This document shows positions 23,320 to 38,404 of a DNA stretch of 64,000 nt, one piece after another. The first letter of the stretch is position 1, and every line of letters begins with the position of its first letter. The notes under the pieces were generated by a model. It was not told the DNA's origin. It saw only the letters and a list, made by a program, of their open reading frames with translations, and searched no databases. The stretch comes from Catajapyx aquilonaris (Eukaryota): assembly GCA_000934665.2 (NCBI GenBank), contig KZ538224.1, positions 1 to 64,000 of the forward strand, read 5' to 3'. A program made the position numbers and the translations under genes.

Positions 23320-24118
23320 CAGGGGTGGCCAAACCATGGCTTTTTGACATTACAAGTGCGGCTCTAGGACAAATTAACACCATTACAAAAATTAGTTTTT
23401 ACAGCATTTTGGGAAGTCTCATGTACCCCCGCGAGCATAAAGATGGAGACGGCAGGCCCTTCTTTGACCTTTCTTTATCAGACTCAAATTAATGAACTAT
23501 TTTTTGGACCGAGTTAGCTGCTTCAGGCGTGTGTTCGTGTATTTATGACAGTATATTTGATATCGTAATTGCTGAGATTGACAGAGCAGCCTGCCGAAGG
23601 TGAGGGCCGGCCGTCTCCATCTTTATGCTCGCGGGTGTACCTATAATTTATCTAGGATGTTTCTATTGTTCATTACCATATTTGGCATGCTGCCATATTT
23701 CATAGCTGAATGCAGTTAAAATAATAATCAATCAGGCAGGATTTAAAAAAAAAAATGATGTACTGTACAGTGTTGCACATAACTCGAGGCATGCTGCCAG
23801 CGACATTTTCCGAAGAGCCAGAAAAAGGTATCTTGCTAGCCCGGCTTGCAGTATCCTTATCCTCGATTCCTTCTTCTCCTGCTTCGGAAAATGTCGCTAG
23901 TAATATGCCTTGATTTATGTCCAACACTGTGCTACATCTACAAATAAGTACTACTACATCATAAAATCATAATTGCATTCCTTAATTTGTAAAAGAATTA
24001 TCATGGAACAATAAATATGCACATGCGATTCTGTAATACCGTATTATGTCTGGCGGCTCTTCAGTGTCCAAAGTTTACCGCATTTGGCTCTTACGGTAAG
24101 CAAGTTTGGCTACCCCTG
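23320..24118. mobile_element. hAT-like non-autonomous element
   Basis: TIRs CAGGGGTGGCCAAAC / GTTTGGCTACCCCTG; degenerate 8-bp flanks tattgtag / gattatag. Confidence 0.65.
23426..23637. mobile_element. Tc1/mariner-like MITE nested in the hAT element
   Basis: ~35-bp TIR cccgcgagcataaagatggagacggc / gccgtctccatctttatgctcgcggg, with TA on both sides. Confidence 0.8.
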
Positions 24119-26283
24119 GATTATAGGTCACTATGGAAGGCCCCGAACATGGGATGTACAATAGAATGTAATGGGTCTTCCAAGTTTAAAATTGCAACAT
24201 ATCGCAGTTGCACCTGAAGTGCACCTTGATTGTTATTCCCTCGAATGTTTCAATTGTGATTCGAAGATATGATCCTCACTCGATTGAAGTGGATTTAAAT
24301 GATAGCAACCCGTTGTTGATTTTGTGTAGGTTTTCCCACGCCAATCCAGGTGCCCAATTATTTCCAGGTGCAGTCTAACACAGCAGCTGCTACACATAAT
24401 TGGGCACACTGATAGGGGCGCAAAAAAGGTACACTAAAATTATCAACTTTGGGCAAAATGATGTCGTCCAGGATGGATTTTGGAGTGTGGCAGGATCATA
24501 TTTTAAATGGATACATGTTCAGCTCTTGGGATCTTATTCAGCTTCTCTATTATGATAAATAAATTTTGTCCATGCGAGTCGAAGGCGGGAAATAGCACTT
24601 CAAAGAGTTGTGCTGTGGGAAACAGCCCTTGTGTTCCTATTCTATGTGCATCTAGAAAGAATGTAATTGTTGGGCTATTTATTATTATTATTGGTGAGTG
24701 TAATGATTGATGAACGAATGATGTATGTTTTCTACTCTGAGGATATTAAAACGTACCATTTGGACTAAATGTTGAATAATACTTGTATTGTTCTTCGCAT
24801 TAATGGACTGACCTAGGGTGACATACTGGTAAGTTATGGTATGCCTGCTTTAAAAAGTTCTGACACATATTCGCAATGATCATGAGCTTGAGCGTGTGCT
24901 TCTGTCTTTATTTCTGCCTTTTGAAAAAATCTGTATGAAAAACCCCTCGAGAGAGACCCTGTGTACACATTTGAAATAGGGTCGAATTGTATCGCTGATG
25001 AAAATCCATTTGGTGCACACGTCACACAGAGTACACATGATTTCAATACATATTTCGTAAATTATTGTATAGATGTAATTCACTAATTATGTCATTCGAA
25101 ACACACTGCCAAATGAAGAGAGACTGCTGAACGGTGATGGTGCACTGGACCTGGAGAGCGTCGTGATTCTAAGTATTACCGTCAAATTGCTTTCAATGGG
25201 TCAGGTGTCAACTTTGGTGAAAGGAGACTGAAAAGTTAAACCAACAAATAGTAATGCAGTGTTAACTGATTTTACTTCTGTCCACATCAAATACAAATAC
25301 GTAAGCCTCATGTTGCTGCAGTAATAACTCAGCATGAATAGAACGCAGTCTATGACTTAGTCATAAAAACTGTGGAAGCTGGTTAGTGATAGTACAAGCC
25401 ACACTGACGTAGACCAAGTCATACGGAATGGTCATTTTGTTGCTTAAAAAAGGTGACCTCAATACTCAGGAAAATATCAAAATCACAACTAGTGACATTG
25501 TTACTTACACACAAGAGACGCAAACAGCAATGAAGGCTTTCTTACACCGAGTCAAATTCCAAGCAAGTGTGACAGGAGTGGTTTACGTACCAAGGTAAAA
25601 AAAAAAAAAACGAAATATAAAAATTACATACCAGTGAGATGGAAAAAAAACCGCACAATATTCGTATTTTGCAGAAACTATTGAAATATCTCAGTCCATA
25701 TAATATAAAAATGACAGGGAAATCCACTTTCCTCCAAGTCTTCATTATGCTAACATACAAAACTTAATCTGCACACAATTGTGCAAATGTCATATTGGCA
25801 GAGGGTCAGTACCACTGTTCAGAAATACTGAACACACAAGCCCACATGTCCTTTCAAAGTTGATCCACTTTAGCTTCTCGTTAAGAAACTGGATCCTAAG
25901 GGTGCATTCATGATTATTCTCCAAGGAAGAAGGGTCGCGGAAGATTCAAAATGTTTTACAAACCACCATATGAAAGAAGAGGGTTCAAGTTGACAGAGAT
26001 GTTCACAAAATCAGTCCGCAACACTGTTACGGGATGAGCCATAAGATGGCCTCGCCTTGTGTAATTCCTTCATACTGATTCTCTCTACTTCAATTGTATT
26101 GATGATCTGGTCAAGAAAACTTACGGGTTTGACTTTTTTTGTGGACATTCGCGAAGATTTAAAAGCGAATACAATAGGTTTTGAGTTGGTGTAACCTGCC
26201 ACGACATCCACCCCAAGACTAGGCCCTTTACCACCTTTCTTTTCCTTCTTCTTGGAGGGAGGCAATGAATGCACCCGTAACTT

Positions 26284-28675
<2,392 letters not shown>

Positions 28676-29213
28676 CTATCTGGCCTCCCACTGACAGACC
28701 CACCCAACTTCGAGGAGCGGGGAATTTCTGGGAGGGATTTTCAGGAGATAAAAAAAAGGAACACGCCATGACCATAGACAACACCGAATCAAAGATGGAC
28801 AACTAGTCAATATTGAAGTGTCCGCTAGTTGACGCTACTTATCAACCTGGCGTTAACAGCGCCTCTAACGGTTGGTTAGAAAATGTTGGGAATTTCCGTG
28901 GGTCTTTGATACTTATGTCTATGGTCTTTCCCCTTCTTGGGTCGCCATGATTGTTTCACCACACTTTTGACACATTGCATCGGAATCTTCCGTCTCTGGT
29001 TCATCCCACGCAGTTTCCTGCATCCAGACGGGTCCGCACTGCCGGAGTGACCATACAAGCCGGACAGGTCAAGGAAGGTCAGGTGAGGGCAAAGGGCGTT
29101 GACCTTTAGAACTTTGGAATAGAACAGTGTTCTGCAGCCTTCTGACTGCTGTGCACCACACCCCAGGCTTCTGAATACTGTTCCGCGCATCTTATGAATA
29201 CTGTGTTCCGTAG
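28676..29213. promoter_or_regulatory. Probable bidirectional promoter region (SREK1IP1/cGLR and EXD3)
   Basis: Divergent start codons at 28675 (-) and 29223 (+) are only ~550 bp apart. Confidence 0.6.
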
Positions 29214-29222
29214 GCTTCTGAG

Positions 29223-32200
29223 ATGTTCAGCGGCCAGTCGGAGGATGCAGGAGAATGGCCTGCACAGCCCGGGCAGCCGTCCAACAATGGCAGGTCGGGT
29301 TGGACTACTGGGATTCCGGCTGGAGCGGAGGATGACTCTTGGGGACGGATCAACTGTGGAGGGTGGAAGGACTTTAGCTTGGATGATCCTGCACCGTTGG
29401 GGCCGAACGCGTCCAAGCTGGACTGGCTTAATTTGTTGTCAAGAGTCTGGTTGTTTGGTAGGTCCTGCGGTATGATGGGTTTTCCAGAGTTGTAATGGAA
29501 TTATTTGCAGGGAGGCGGAACCCGTCGGTTCTGAAGCTTATGAAGGACTGCTACTCTAGCGTGTCCGACCCTTTCGAGGTGGCTCGCTACATGATGGTGG
29601 GCAGCACGGACTTTAAGGAGTCGAAGGCAAACACTCTAGCGTTTGCAACCATTAGCGAGTTGAACACCTGGCTTCGGGAGAAGGAAGAGAGGCGGTACCT
29701 CAAACCATCACTGGAGACGCAAGAGATGGTCTTCACAGATGTGATCAAGCAGAAAAACTCTTCATTGGTGAGGGAAGTGTGCGAGGCATTTAGATTGCAG
29801 GAAATAGGCTGCCATTTCATCCCACACATACGGCAACTTCTCGCTGGATATAAATACAAAGAGGTAGGATGCACTGGAGCTGGTACATTACAATATGCAA
29901 TTATGCGCTGAAGATATTTGGGGTCACACTTTACAAATTTGATAACATTTTGGCAAATTTCATTATTTTCTCTAATAAGGGAACGTTACAAGATAATACA
30001 ACACTGGGAAAAGTTTTGATAACTAAAGCCGTATGTTGTCCATTTTTCTGACTGGCACTCTTATTCCAGGCCTGCCAGTTTGCAGTGTACCTGAACCTTC
30101 ACAGTCATTTCCATAATGACGACTTTGTACTTCCACTGATACTACAGGACAAGAGCTCCATTGCAGAGGAATTCCTCCGCGGGAGCCGTTCTCATCTTAA
30201 TGATCTTATCCGACAGTTGGATTCAATACTGGGATCCAAGAACGTCCCTAATGAAGTTGAGAACATTGCTCTTCGACTGGACGTTCCCTGTGTGCGCTCA
30301 GAGAAGTTTCAGCACAAGCCTTTGTCCAAGCTGATAGCTCGATTGGCCAAGTCGTTTGATGTGCCGCCTGACCTTTGCCCTAATCTGAGCCAGAAGCGGA
30401 AAGGTGGTTCCCTTCACTTTTTGCTGCATAAAAAGTACATTGATCAATCGATTGCATCCGACAACTGGGATGAACTGGTGGGCCAAATCGTTGAGAGCGA
30501 TCCGGAGATGCAACTAGAACTTGTGCAGAGCCTTCAGCAGTATAACGACACTGCCTGTGCCGCATTGTGGGCTAAAAGGTGTGGAGTTCCCTGGGACAAA
30601 TTGCCTGCAGCTGTGCAAGAAGCCTTGACCAACGGTGACTCGGTGTTGAACAGTTCGCGCGAAGAAGAGGAGTGGGACGTAGATCTCTCTCAGTTTCATA
30701 AGCTGAGTCTTCCTCTGTCATGCGTGATGATGGTCGACACTCGAGACAGCTTCAATTGGTTCCTTCGTGATATGTCCAAGGTGAGTTCGTCCTGATGCAA
30801 CATACGCAACGTAGCCCCTTTTTGTGGGAAATTCTTGACATTCCTGCAACTGGATTATCACCTTCATTGTTTGGTGGAATTTGAGGAGGGAAGGAATTCC
30901 TTAGATAACTCGTCAAGGCTGAGTGGGCATCGTATGATATGGTAATGTTTTGAGATTCAGTCCTAACCATCACAGTAACAAAAAGTAGCCGAATTTCACC
31001 GCTTTCCACAAAGCTTCTGAAGCTCTTCCTGCTGAATTTGTGCGAATCCTGATTGACAAATTCCACGCTTCCAAATGAGGTCAGGAGGAGTGCATGGGCA
31101 TGAAGACACCGATGCAAAAATTGTCCTGCAGGCGAAGAGTAGCATTTCACAAATTTTCTGATGGAAAAGTGCACAGCTTGCAGGTATTAGTGTAGCATAC
31201 TGCACCTGTCCCCATCTCCATGCAAACATTCAAATTTAAGCAATAAGCGCAGGGGTTGGACCCCACTGAACTGTGCAACTGGCTTATCGGGCGAACCCTT
31301 TGTAACCATCTTTGAAATAGACTGACCCTTAATGCATTTTCCAGCATACCATGATTGGGTTTGACTCTGAGTGGAAGCCGGCTGTCGGAGCAAACAAAGA
31401 GAGCGGAGTGGCCCTCATGCAGTTTGCTACACGTGAGATCGTTTACATACTGGACGTGGTTGCCCTCCTGAGATGCCTGAATCCTTCAGACTGGACCCTG
31501 CTGGAGAAGGAAGTTTTTGGGGACCCCCAGATTATTATTATAGGTACATACCCGTCAGACCCTTTTTTTTTTTACAATGGATTTGTACTGCTATTTCAAA
31601 TATCTCTCTTTTTTCACCAAGGTTTTGGACTGAGTTCAGACCTTCAGATGCTCTCGAAGAGCCTTCCCAACATGTCAAACCTTCGGCGCAGTATGAAAGG
31701 AGCCATGGACCTGGCGACACTCTGGAACAAACTTGAGATTGAGTTTCCGCAAGTGTTCCCCTACACCTGTGCGGAATCTGAAGCTCACAAGTTAGGATTG
31801 AACAATCTCGTCAACAAGTGCCTCGGGAAGCCGCTCAACAAAGGAGAGCAGTTCTCGAACTGGGAGAGACGGCCTCTCAGGGAATCACAGTTAATATATG
31901 CCGGTTGGTCCTTTTTCTGCCCTTCAATCTTAAAAAGGTCGCTGTTACAGAAATTAAATTTTCAGATTGTATTTTTAAGTCATGAAATTGAACGTTGTGA
32001 CTCAAAAATGGTTTCTTTCAGCACTGGATGCATACTGTGTCTTGGAAGTGTACGACGTACTAGAAGAACGATCCCGGCTTCTGGACGTCCCATTTGAGGA
32101 GCTGTGCTGGGAAGTCCAAAGCGGTCGTCAGTCTAAGACCAAGAGAAATACTAGACATGCTGCTACTGCCGCCACATCCTCCAGGGGAGCTCGCCTCGAG

Positions 32201-33101
32201 TATTTTAGTGCAAACTCCAATCACCTGGAGTTGGAAGCAGGTGGTGGAGTGAGCACCCTTCCTGAGGAACCCCCAAAGAGGCCAAATGACTTGAGAGTCG
32301 TCTGTGATACCATGCTTCAAGGGTTGGCCAAGTATCTGAGGACTTGCGGGGTTGATGCAATAGCGCTGGACAACCATATCGACCACGACAAGTGTGTGGA
32401 TATATCCGAGAGGCAAGGCAGGATTATTCTGACCAAGGGAAGCGTCTTTCAAAGGGTGAGAAGGCAAGAAAGGTGTGAAAAAGTAGAACATGTCCCAGCC
32501 ATTTCTAATCTAGGCCTTTAGCATAAAGCAGTGCTTCTCTAACATGTTTTATTTTTTGACAGCTTTCCCAGTATGTTCCGGTGAATATGTGCTACCAGGT
32601 GATTTCGGAGGGTGCCAAGGAGCAGTTGGAGGAAGTGTTGACACGATATAATGTCCACGTGACCAAGGCAGATGTCTTTAGTCGCTGCCAAGTAAGTTAT
32701 CTTGCACTTCACAGTCATGACCACAAGCAGAAGCATTGCAATAACAAACCTATCCTCAGGAATGCAACAGTGTCGAATTTGCCATTCTCAACCAGCTGCA
32801 CGTGTCCGATCTGATTCGTCACCCTCGCCTAAATGTTCGTGGAGCTCGGGGCCATCTTTCTACAGGGTCCTACTTTCGAGAAGGGACTTTGGTTGGTGAA
32901 GGGAACGGTCCGTGGGTGGATATAGGAACAGGAACTACACAGACCGGCGTAGAAGTACAAGTTGCTTCCATTCCTGCTGCCGTGGTGGACAAGGTGAATC
33001 GCTACTACGTGTGCATTATGTGTGGAAAAGTGTATTGGGATGGCTCGCATTTGGATAGAGTGCTGGAAGGGAGGCTTAAAGGAATTTTGGCTGAGGATTA
33101 G
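29223..33101 (+). CDS. EXD3: Exonuclease Mut-7 homolog (EXD3/Nibbler family), 894 aa, 8 coding exons
   Basis: Exons 29223-29457, 29511-29863, 30070-30780, 31345-31543, 31622-31903, 32022-32455, 32563-32691, 32760-33101 (2685 nt, in frame). DEDDy motifs IGFDSEWKP, SSDLQML, SNWERRPLRESQLIYAALDAY. Mut7-C domain VCDTMLQGLAKYLR, SRCQECN, CIMCGKVYWDGSH. The start codon is less certain. Confidence 0.92.
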
Positions 33102-33334
33102 CATAATGGTCCGTAGGATATGAAAACTCTGGACGAAGGAAATTACATCCGCAATATTGTTAATTGTATTCAGTTTTCAATCATTATATCCTGTAAATTG
33201 TTAATGTTGGCTGACAATTCAGGGAATGAAGCTTGGTTAATTGCATTTTTTAAACTGCATGCGTCATGCCAGCCCATCTGAATGTGGGAAGTAATAGCAG
33301 TCGTGAAGACTGATTGAAACTCACATGCATGTAT

Positions 33335-33495
33335 CAGCTGCCAGAAATACGTTCATGCAGGTGATGGTAGCCTTATTTCAGCAAAATAGCTCTTTGTTTG
33401 TTACTGAAATGCAGCTGCATTTCAGTAACAATAAAGAAAGCTATTTTGCTGAAATAAGGCAACCATTACCTGCGTGAGCTTATATTTCGCAGCTG
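33335..33495. repeat. Near-perfect ~160-bp palindrome downstream of the EXD3 stop
   Basis: Centre ttgttactgaaatgcag|ctgcatttcagtaacaa; outer arms gccttatttcagcaaaatagct / agctattttgctgaaataaggc. Confidence 0.85.
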
Positions 33496-36400
33496 GCCCA
33501 ATGCTGACAAAGAAAGAACTAGACGTACAAGTGATGTGTAAGTTACTACAGGGCGATTGTATTGCTGACCATAGAAATTTTAAAAACTACATTGTAATGT
33601 AATTCTAGGAACAAATTGGTTTGTTGTTAGCCCTGTTACGCGCTATATGCTCTGTTTCTTAGCTAAACCAATAAATAGTTGGAACCTTCCAAAGGCAGTG
33701 TGTGAGCTGCAGATCCATGAAACTTAGATCATCCTTGTTTGTATTCGCAACAAATGTAAATCTCTTAATTAAATTTAATTTTCCAGAACAAATACATAAT
33801 ACTTGAAACGATGACAGGCTCATCCACGATTTTCTCATTGTTATTTACAGCTAACTTTCGAAAGTGTTGGTGAGCATCGGCAATGAAACATTCAATATTT
33901 ATTACAGGCCAGGATGCGGAGATTACACTCCATATAAGCCATTCTAGATCGAGATCAATATTGTTTGAATTTCTCCAGTCATCCAGCTATAAGTACTAAT
34001 GATTTCTACTCAAGCAGGTACTCAAACACTGAACATTAGGGCTCAGCACTTCACACCAGAACGATGCCAGAATTTTTGCATGACATTCTGAAAGAATACA
34101 TTAACACGGCTGGAAATTCCATGCATTATCTTTAATTCAGTTGGCATTGTCGTGAACGGTGTATCACATAATTTTGGGCAGATGTACGCTGATTACTGTT
34201 GAATGGTTATTACATTTTTATTTTGACGGAGTATAATCAAAGCTCCATATTTTCTTGCCATTAACTGATGACTAGAATACCTCACATTGTAATTTTTGAA
34301 GGTTTGCTATAATTATGTGGAGATTTTAAATTTTATTATTTCCCAATAAAATGGTGTCCATTATTTGGTGATACTAATTGTTAGGCTGCCACATTAACAT
34401 TTTGCTGCCCATGACAGCTGGGTTTGTCATATGCCAATTCAGTATCAACGAGTGCTGCAGCGCCAGAACCACAAGCCAAAGATGTCTTTCAGCAATATTT
34501 CAATGGGTTAAACGACATTACTTGCACAGCGATATCCTGTAATGATAGATCCATTAATTATGCTACATGCTAAGTGTTTTCTTGTCATATTGGCATTGAA
34601 ACATTATGTGCCTCTTTTTCATTTCTCTTCCTTGAATAATTACAATGTGTTTCATTACGTAAAATAGTGAAGACCTGGTGGTACAAGTATGCACAGGTGT
34701 ACCTTTACGAACAATCTCAATGCAGGTTACTATTTGCGACTACGGCATCAGGGGACACTTTTGATATGATTCTTTGTATGTGGGCCATGTAAAAAAAGGG
34801 AATTTCTAACTTTGCACGTGTGGATTGTAATTTTTTTCATATGTTTTCTTGTCCAAAGAAATAATAATTCATGTTATAAGTATTTGATTCATTAACGAAT
34901 GTGGCATGTGTGAAAGTGTGATAGTGATCAAAGTAATGTTTAAGACCATATGATTTGTTGGAACTGTGTTTTTACCTAAGCCAATGTAAAACATGTAAGT
35001 TCACCTGTGTGATCTGGACTTTGGTGTCTGATGTGACTATCAATTTTTTACGTTGTAATAGATTTCTTGATTAATATTTGACTTAATACATTATTGCCAT
35101 CAATTTAATGGAGAGTATTCACTGCAAGTACAAGGAATGCCGTATGTTCGAGAATGAGTGTTCGTTATCCTTTTGCAGGTTCGGACTGAGAATATTGTTG
35201 ATGTTTCATGCTGTTGTGTGCGCGTTTCGGTTTGGTGTGTGAAAGATGGTCGATTATTATGACTCGTAGGGACATTTCATGGACTGTGATGTGTTACCAT
35301 GTAGCAGTTATATTTTGGACATTGTTATGTTTAGTGAACTTGCATTACTGATATTAAATATTATCCGCATGACGTGTTTCTGTACCTTTATTCTTTGTAC
35401 TCTGTACCAGTCTTCAGGTGGTGTAAGGAGAATGCGAGTCATGATTCGCACCAAATATTCAAGTACATGACTGGGTAAAATAGATTTGTTCATTACTCGT
35501 ATGACCCGCGTAAAAATGGGCATCAGGTGAGACCTGTAAATGGACATGTTTTCTGTCGCATTTTTTTCTCTCTCGAACAATCTTCAGTGACGTCATCACA
35601 CTAATCCGCAACTTAATTAGGGCTTAATTAGAGCCTATCCATTATGATTACACATTAGTTTAAAATTAAAAGCTCAGTCGTGCAGTTACGTTGTAAACAA
35701 TTTACCTAAAATTAAGTAGGTCAGTATGACGCAATTTTGGCGCCAGAAACTTCCAGATCAGTTTGAACCTGCTCGGGCGGCTAGTCAGTCGCCTGTTCTG
35801 CTGGCCTGTTGAGCTCTGACCTCATCCAACCTCCGAGGTCACCACCAGATGCTATACCCACTGCATGCCCCGAGGTCGGGTCAAGTTCCAGGGGCACGTT
35901 CCAGGTGAGTTCAGGCCACTTTTAACCCAGTTCTTGGGAGCTAATCGGGATGTTAAAATTGAGCATCAAAATGGGTCCGGGTTTCTGAGTGGCTACGGGG
36001 TGACCAGAGGCCAGGGGTCATGTCACTGCTTGGTTCAAACACAGTGCTAGTTGTTCAAAGCACAGGTCAGATTGGGCTGGTCTTCACATGCCTGCCTCGA
36101 CTCAAGAACAGGTCTAATATGATTCAGCTCCATTTTACTGTGCAGTACTGTGTAAAATTGGTTTGGGTCTGTGCCTCTGTTTGTCCAGCTAGATGCGTGT
36201 AGTACCACTTTCCACCGCACCCTGAGAGTGGCTGTAATGTGTAGAGAGTGATGATGCGCCATTAGTGAGCACAAAGTGGACACAGTAATGAGAATACGCT
36301 TCATATTGGCACTGCTACAAATGATTTATTGACAAAAGGTTTTTTTTTTTGGGGGGGGGGGGGGGGGTNGGGCTATATACACTGGAGACATGCCTAGGTC

Positions 36401-37098
36401 AATGTTCTCTCTTTCTTCTAAAGGTCATCACGTCAACATGGGTCATTATACGTAGGTTTTTTTCTGCGCTTCTCTGGTACAAACCCCACACAAATTTAAG
36501 GCATTTCCATAGTGTTGATCTTCACTACTCTCTTTTTTTTTGTATAAATGGCGGCAAAGACATAATTTCTTTTAAATGCATTGGACCAGTAAAATGTCAT
36601 TATTACTGTCATACACGTCTCGATTTTTAATTAAATAAAAAAACAACGTTTAAAACACACGCAAGCACACACACGTAAAAGCCAGGAAATGTTTAACCGG
36701 GGTTTTCGGACATTCTCATTGAGATTGTTTATAAGTATTATCGAACATTATAGGTTGCAAATGCATCCAGTTTGAGTTATTTTTTTGTGTATAACCAAAG
36801 CGATATGTACAAAGGATAATATTCAGCTATTTGCTCGCATAATAGCAATATGTAGCTATCGGTTAGTTCAACTGCCACGTAGCCAAAGGAAAGTCTTTGT
36901 GTGTAGGACAGGACGTTTCTCTTCGTTGCTTTTTAGTTCGCGAATTTTTGCGGATTCATGCCAATATTTTTTGCACAATCGTGTTACTTATGGGGACAAA
37001 AAGACTGGGGTTTATACATGCCAAAATAGTTCAGGAAAGAAAAGTGTCGCCATGTAAGTATGTAACCCTCAGCACTCTGTAGATGATTTTATTTAAAA

Positions 37099-37350
37099 GA
37101 GCGCAACCGAGTGCGCACCACAGTTCGCGCAGCTTGCACGGTTGGAATTATCAGCGATATTTAGTCATCTCTCTGTATCGTGCGTGTACTGGTAAATATA
37201 AGCATTGCACTTATTTCCAACGCTACGCTTGGTGTGGAGCAAAATGGCAGAGGTTTGCGACGTTGCCAAAAATGACGGGAGTAACTCTGGCATCGTTGTT
37301 GTCATAACATTGCACCTGCGCGATTGTGGGTGCGCACTCTGTTGCGCTCG
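37099..37350. mobile_element. MITE family A, copy 1
   Basis: TIR gagcgcaaccgagtgcgcacc / ggtgcgcactctgttgcgctc; related copies at ~39009, ~44364 and ~51241. Confidence 0.7.
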
Positions 37351-38404
37351 TCAAAAAATCATCCACAGCAAGGTGACAGCTGTTTGTAAGAACCTGTAAC
37401 CTTGCTAGAGTGCTGATGGTTGTGCCAGACAGGACGCAAAAAAAAATATGTTGGAATAGTTTAGATTTATAGGCACCAAGTGGTTTTACTTTATGCGCAG
37501 AAGAGATGCGGTCGAATGGACATTGTAAAAGATTGTGCGGGCAGAAGTCAATCAAATGCCATCATTTGTCACACTTGTCACTTGTCCAGTGGGGGGGACG
37601 TCATGTTAACTTTTGTACGTATAAGCGGTCCCCATACTGCAAAACAAAAGGGGTCATGTCAATAACTGATCCGTACCCAAACCGGAATGGCGCAAAGAGT
37701 CTCGTCTAATTTGTTTAAAAATTCGAAACACTTCACATGTAATTAGCAGTCGCGGCGTGACTTGCAGGGTGGGAATTTCCAAAAAAGATATAATAAGGGT
37801 GGAATTCAGAGTGGTTGTCTAACTTTAAACACGAACCATTTAAAGTTTGACAACCTCTCCGATTTCAGCCCTAATAAGAGTCACATATTTGGGGGGGATG
37901 TGTATAGCAAAAAGGCTCCTTTGATACGTGTTTTCTTCTACGCCCAATCCACGCTGTGCAATTCCACTGCCCGCATCGTCCGCCATTTTGTGTTCCTGTT
38001 CACGACGTCACGCTCTCAACAAGATGGCGGTCTGTGGCGGGCAACACAACTGAACAGCGTGAAACGTTGAAAGCACCATGATCACACCCACTGAATGATA
38101 AGGTCGAACCCTGTTGGCAATAAGTGAGTCAGTAGTAGAACTTTCTGACGCGGTTCCTTCCCCGCTTCTTCCTTCCCAAGAGGTCATCCACGGACGTGAT
38201 TGTGGCCGTGAACTGCAGGAAGTCCTTTGGTGGCGAGGCCGAGGTCAGGTCAAGGGGCAGGAGGTAAGGGAGTCTCCGTCTCCAGCTGCCTGTCTCTATG
38301 GCTGACCCCAGGTCAGACTGGTCATCCCCGACGGTGCCATGTGCGGTCATCATGCTGGTGCGCCGGGCCGTTGCCTCCGCAGCGGGTCCCCGGCTGCCGA
38401 GTCC

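Noticed and set aside
36340..36375. Poly-T/poly-G run as a G-quadruplex (also poly-C at ~43600)
   Set aside because: Contains an N; the homopolymer length is unreliable in this assembly.
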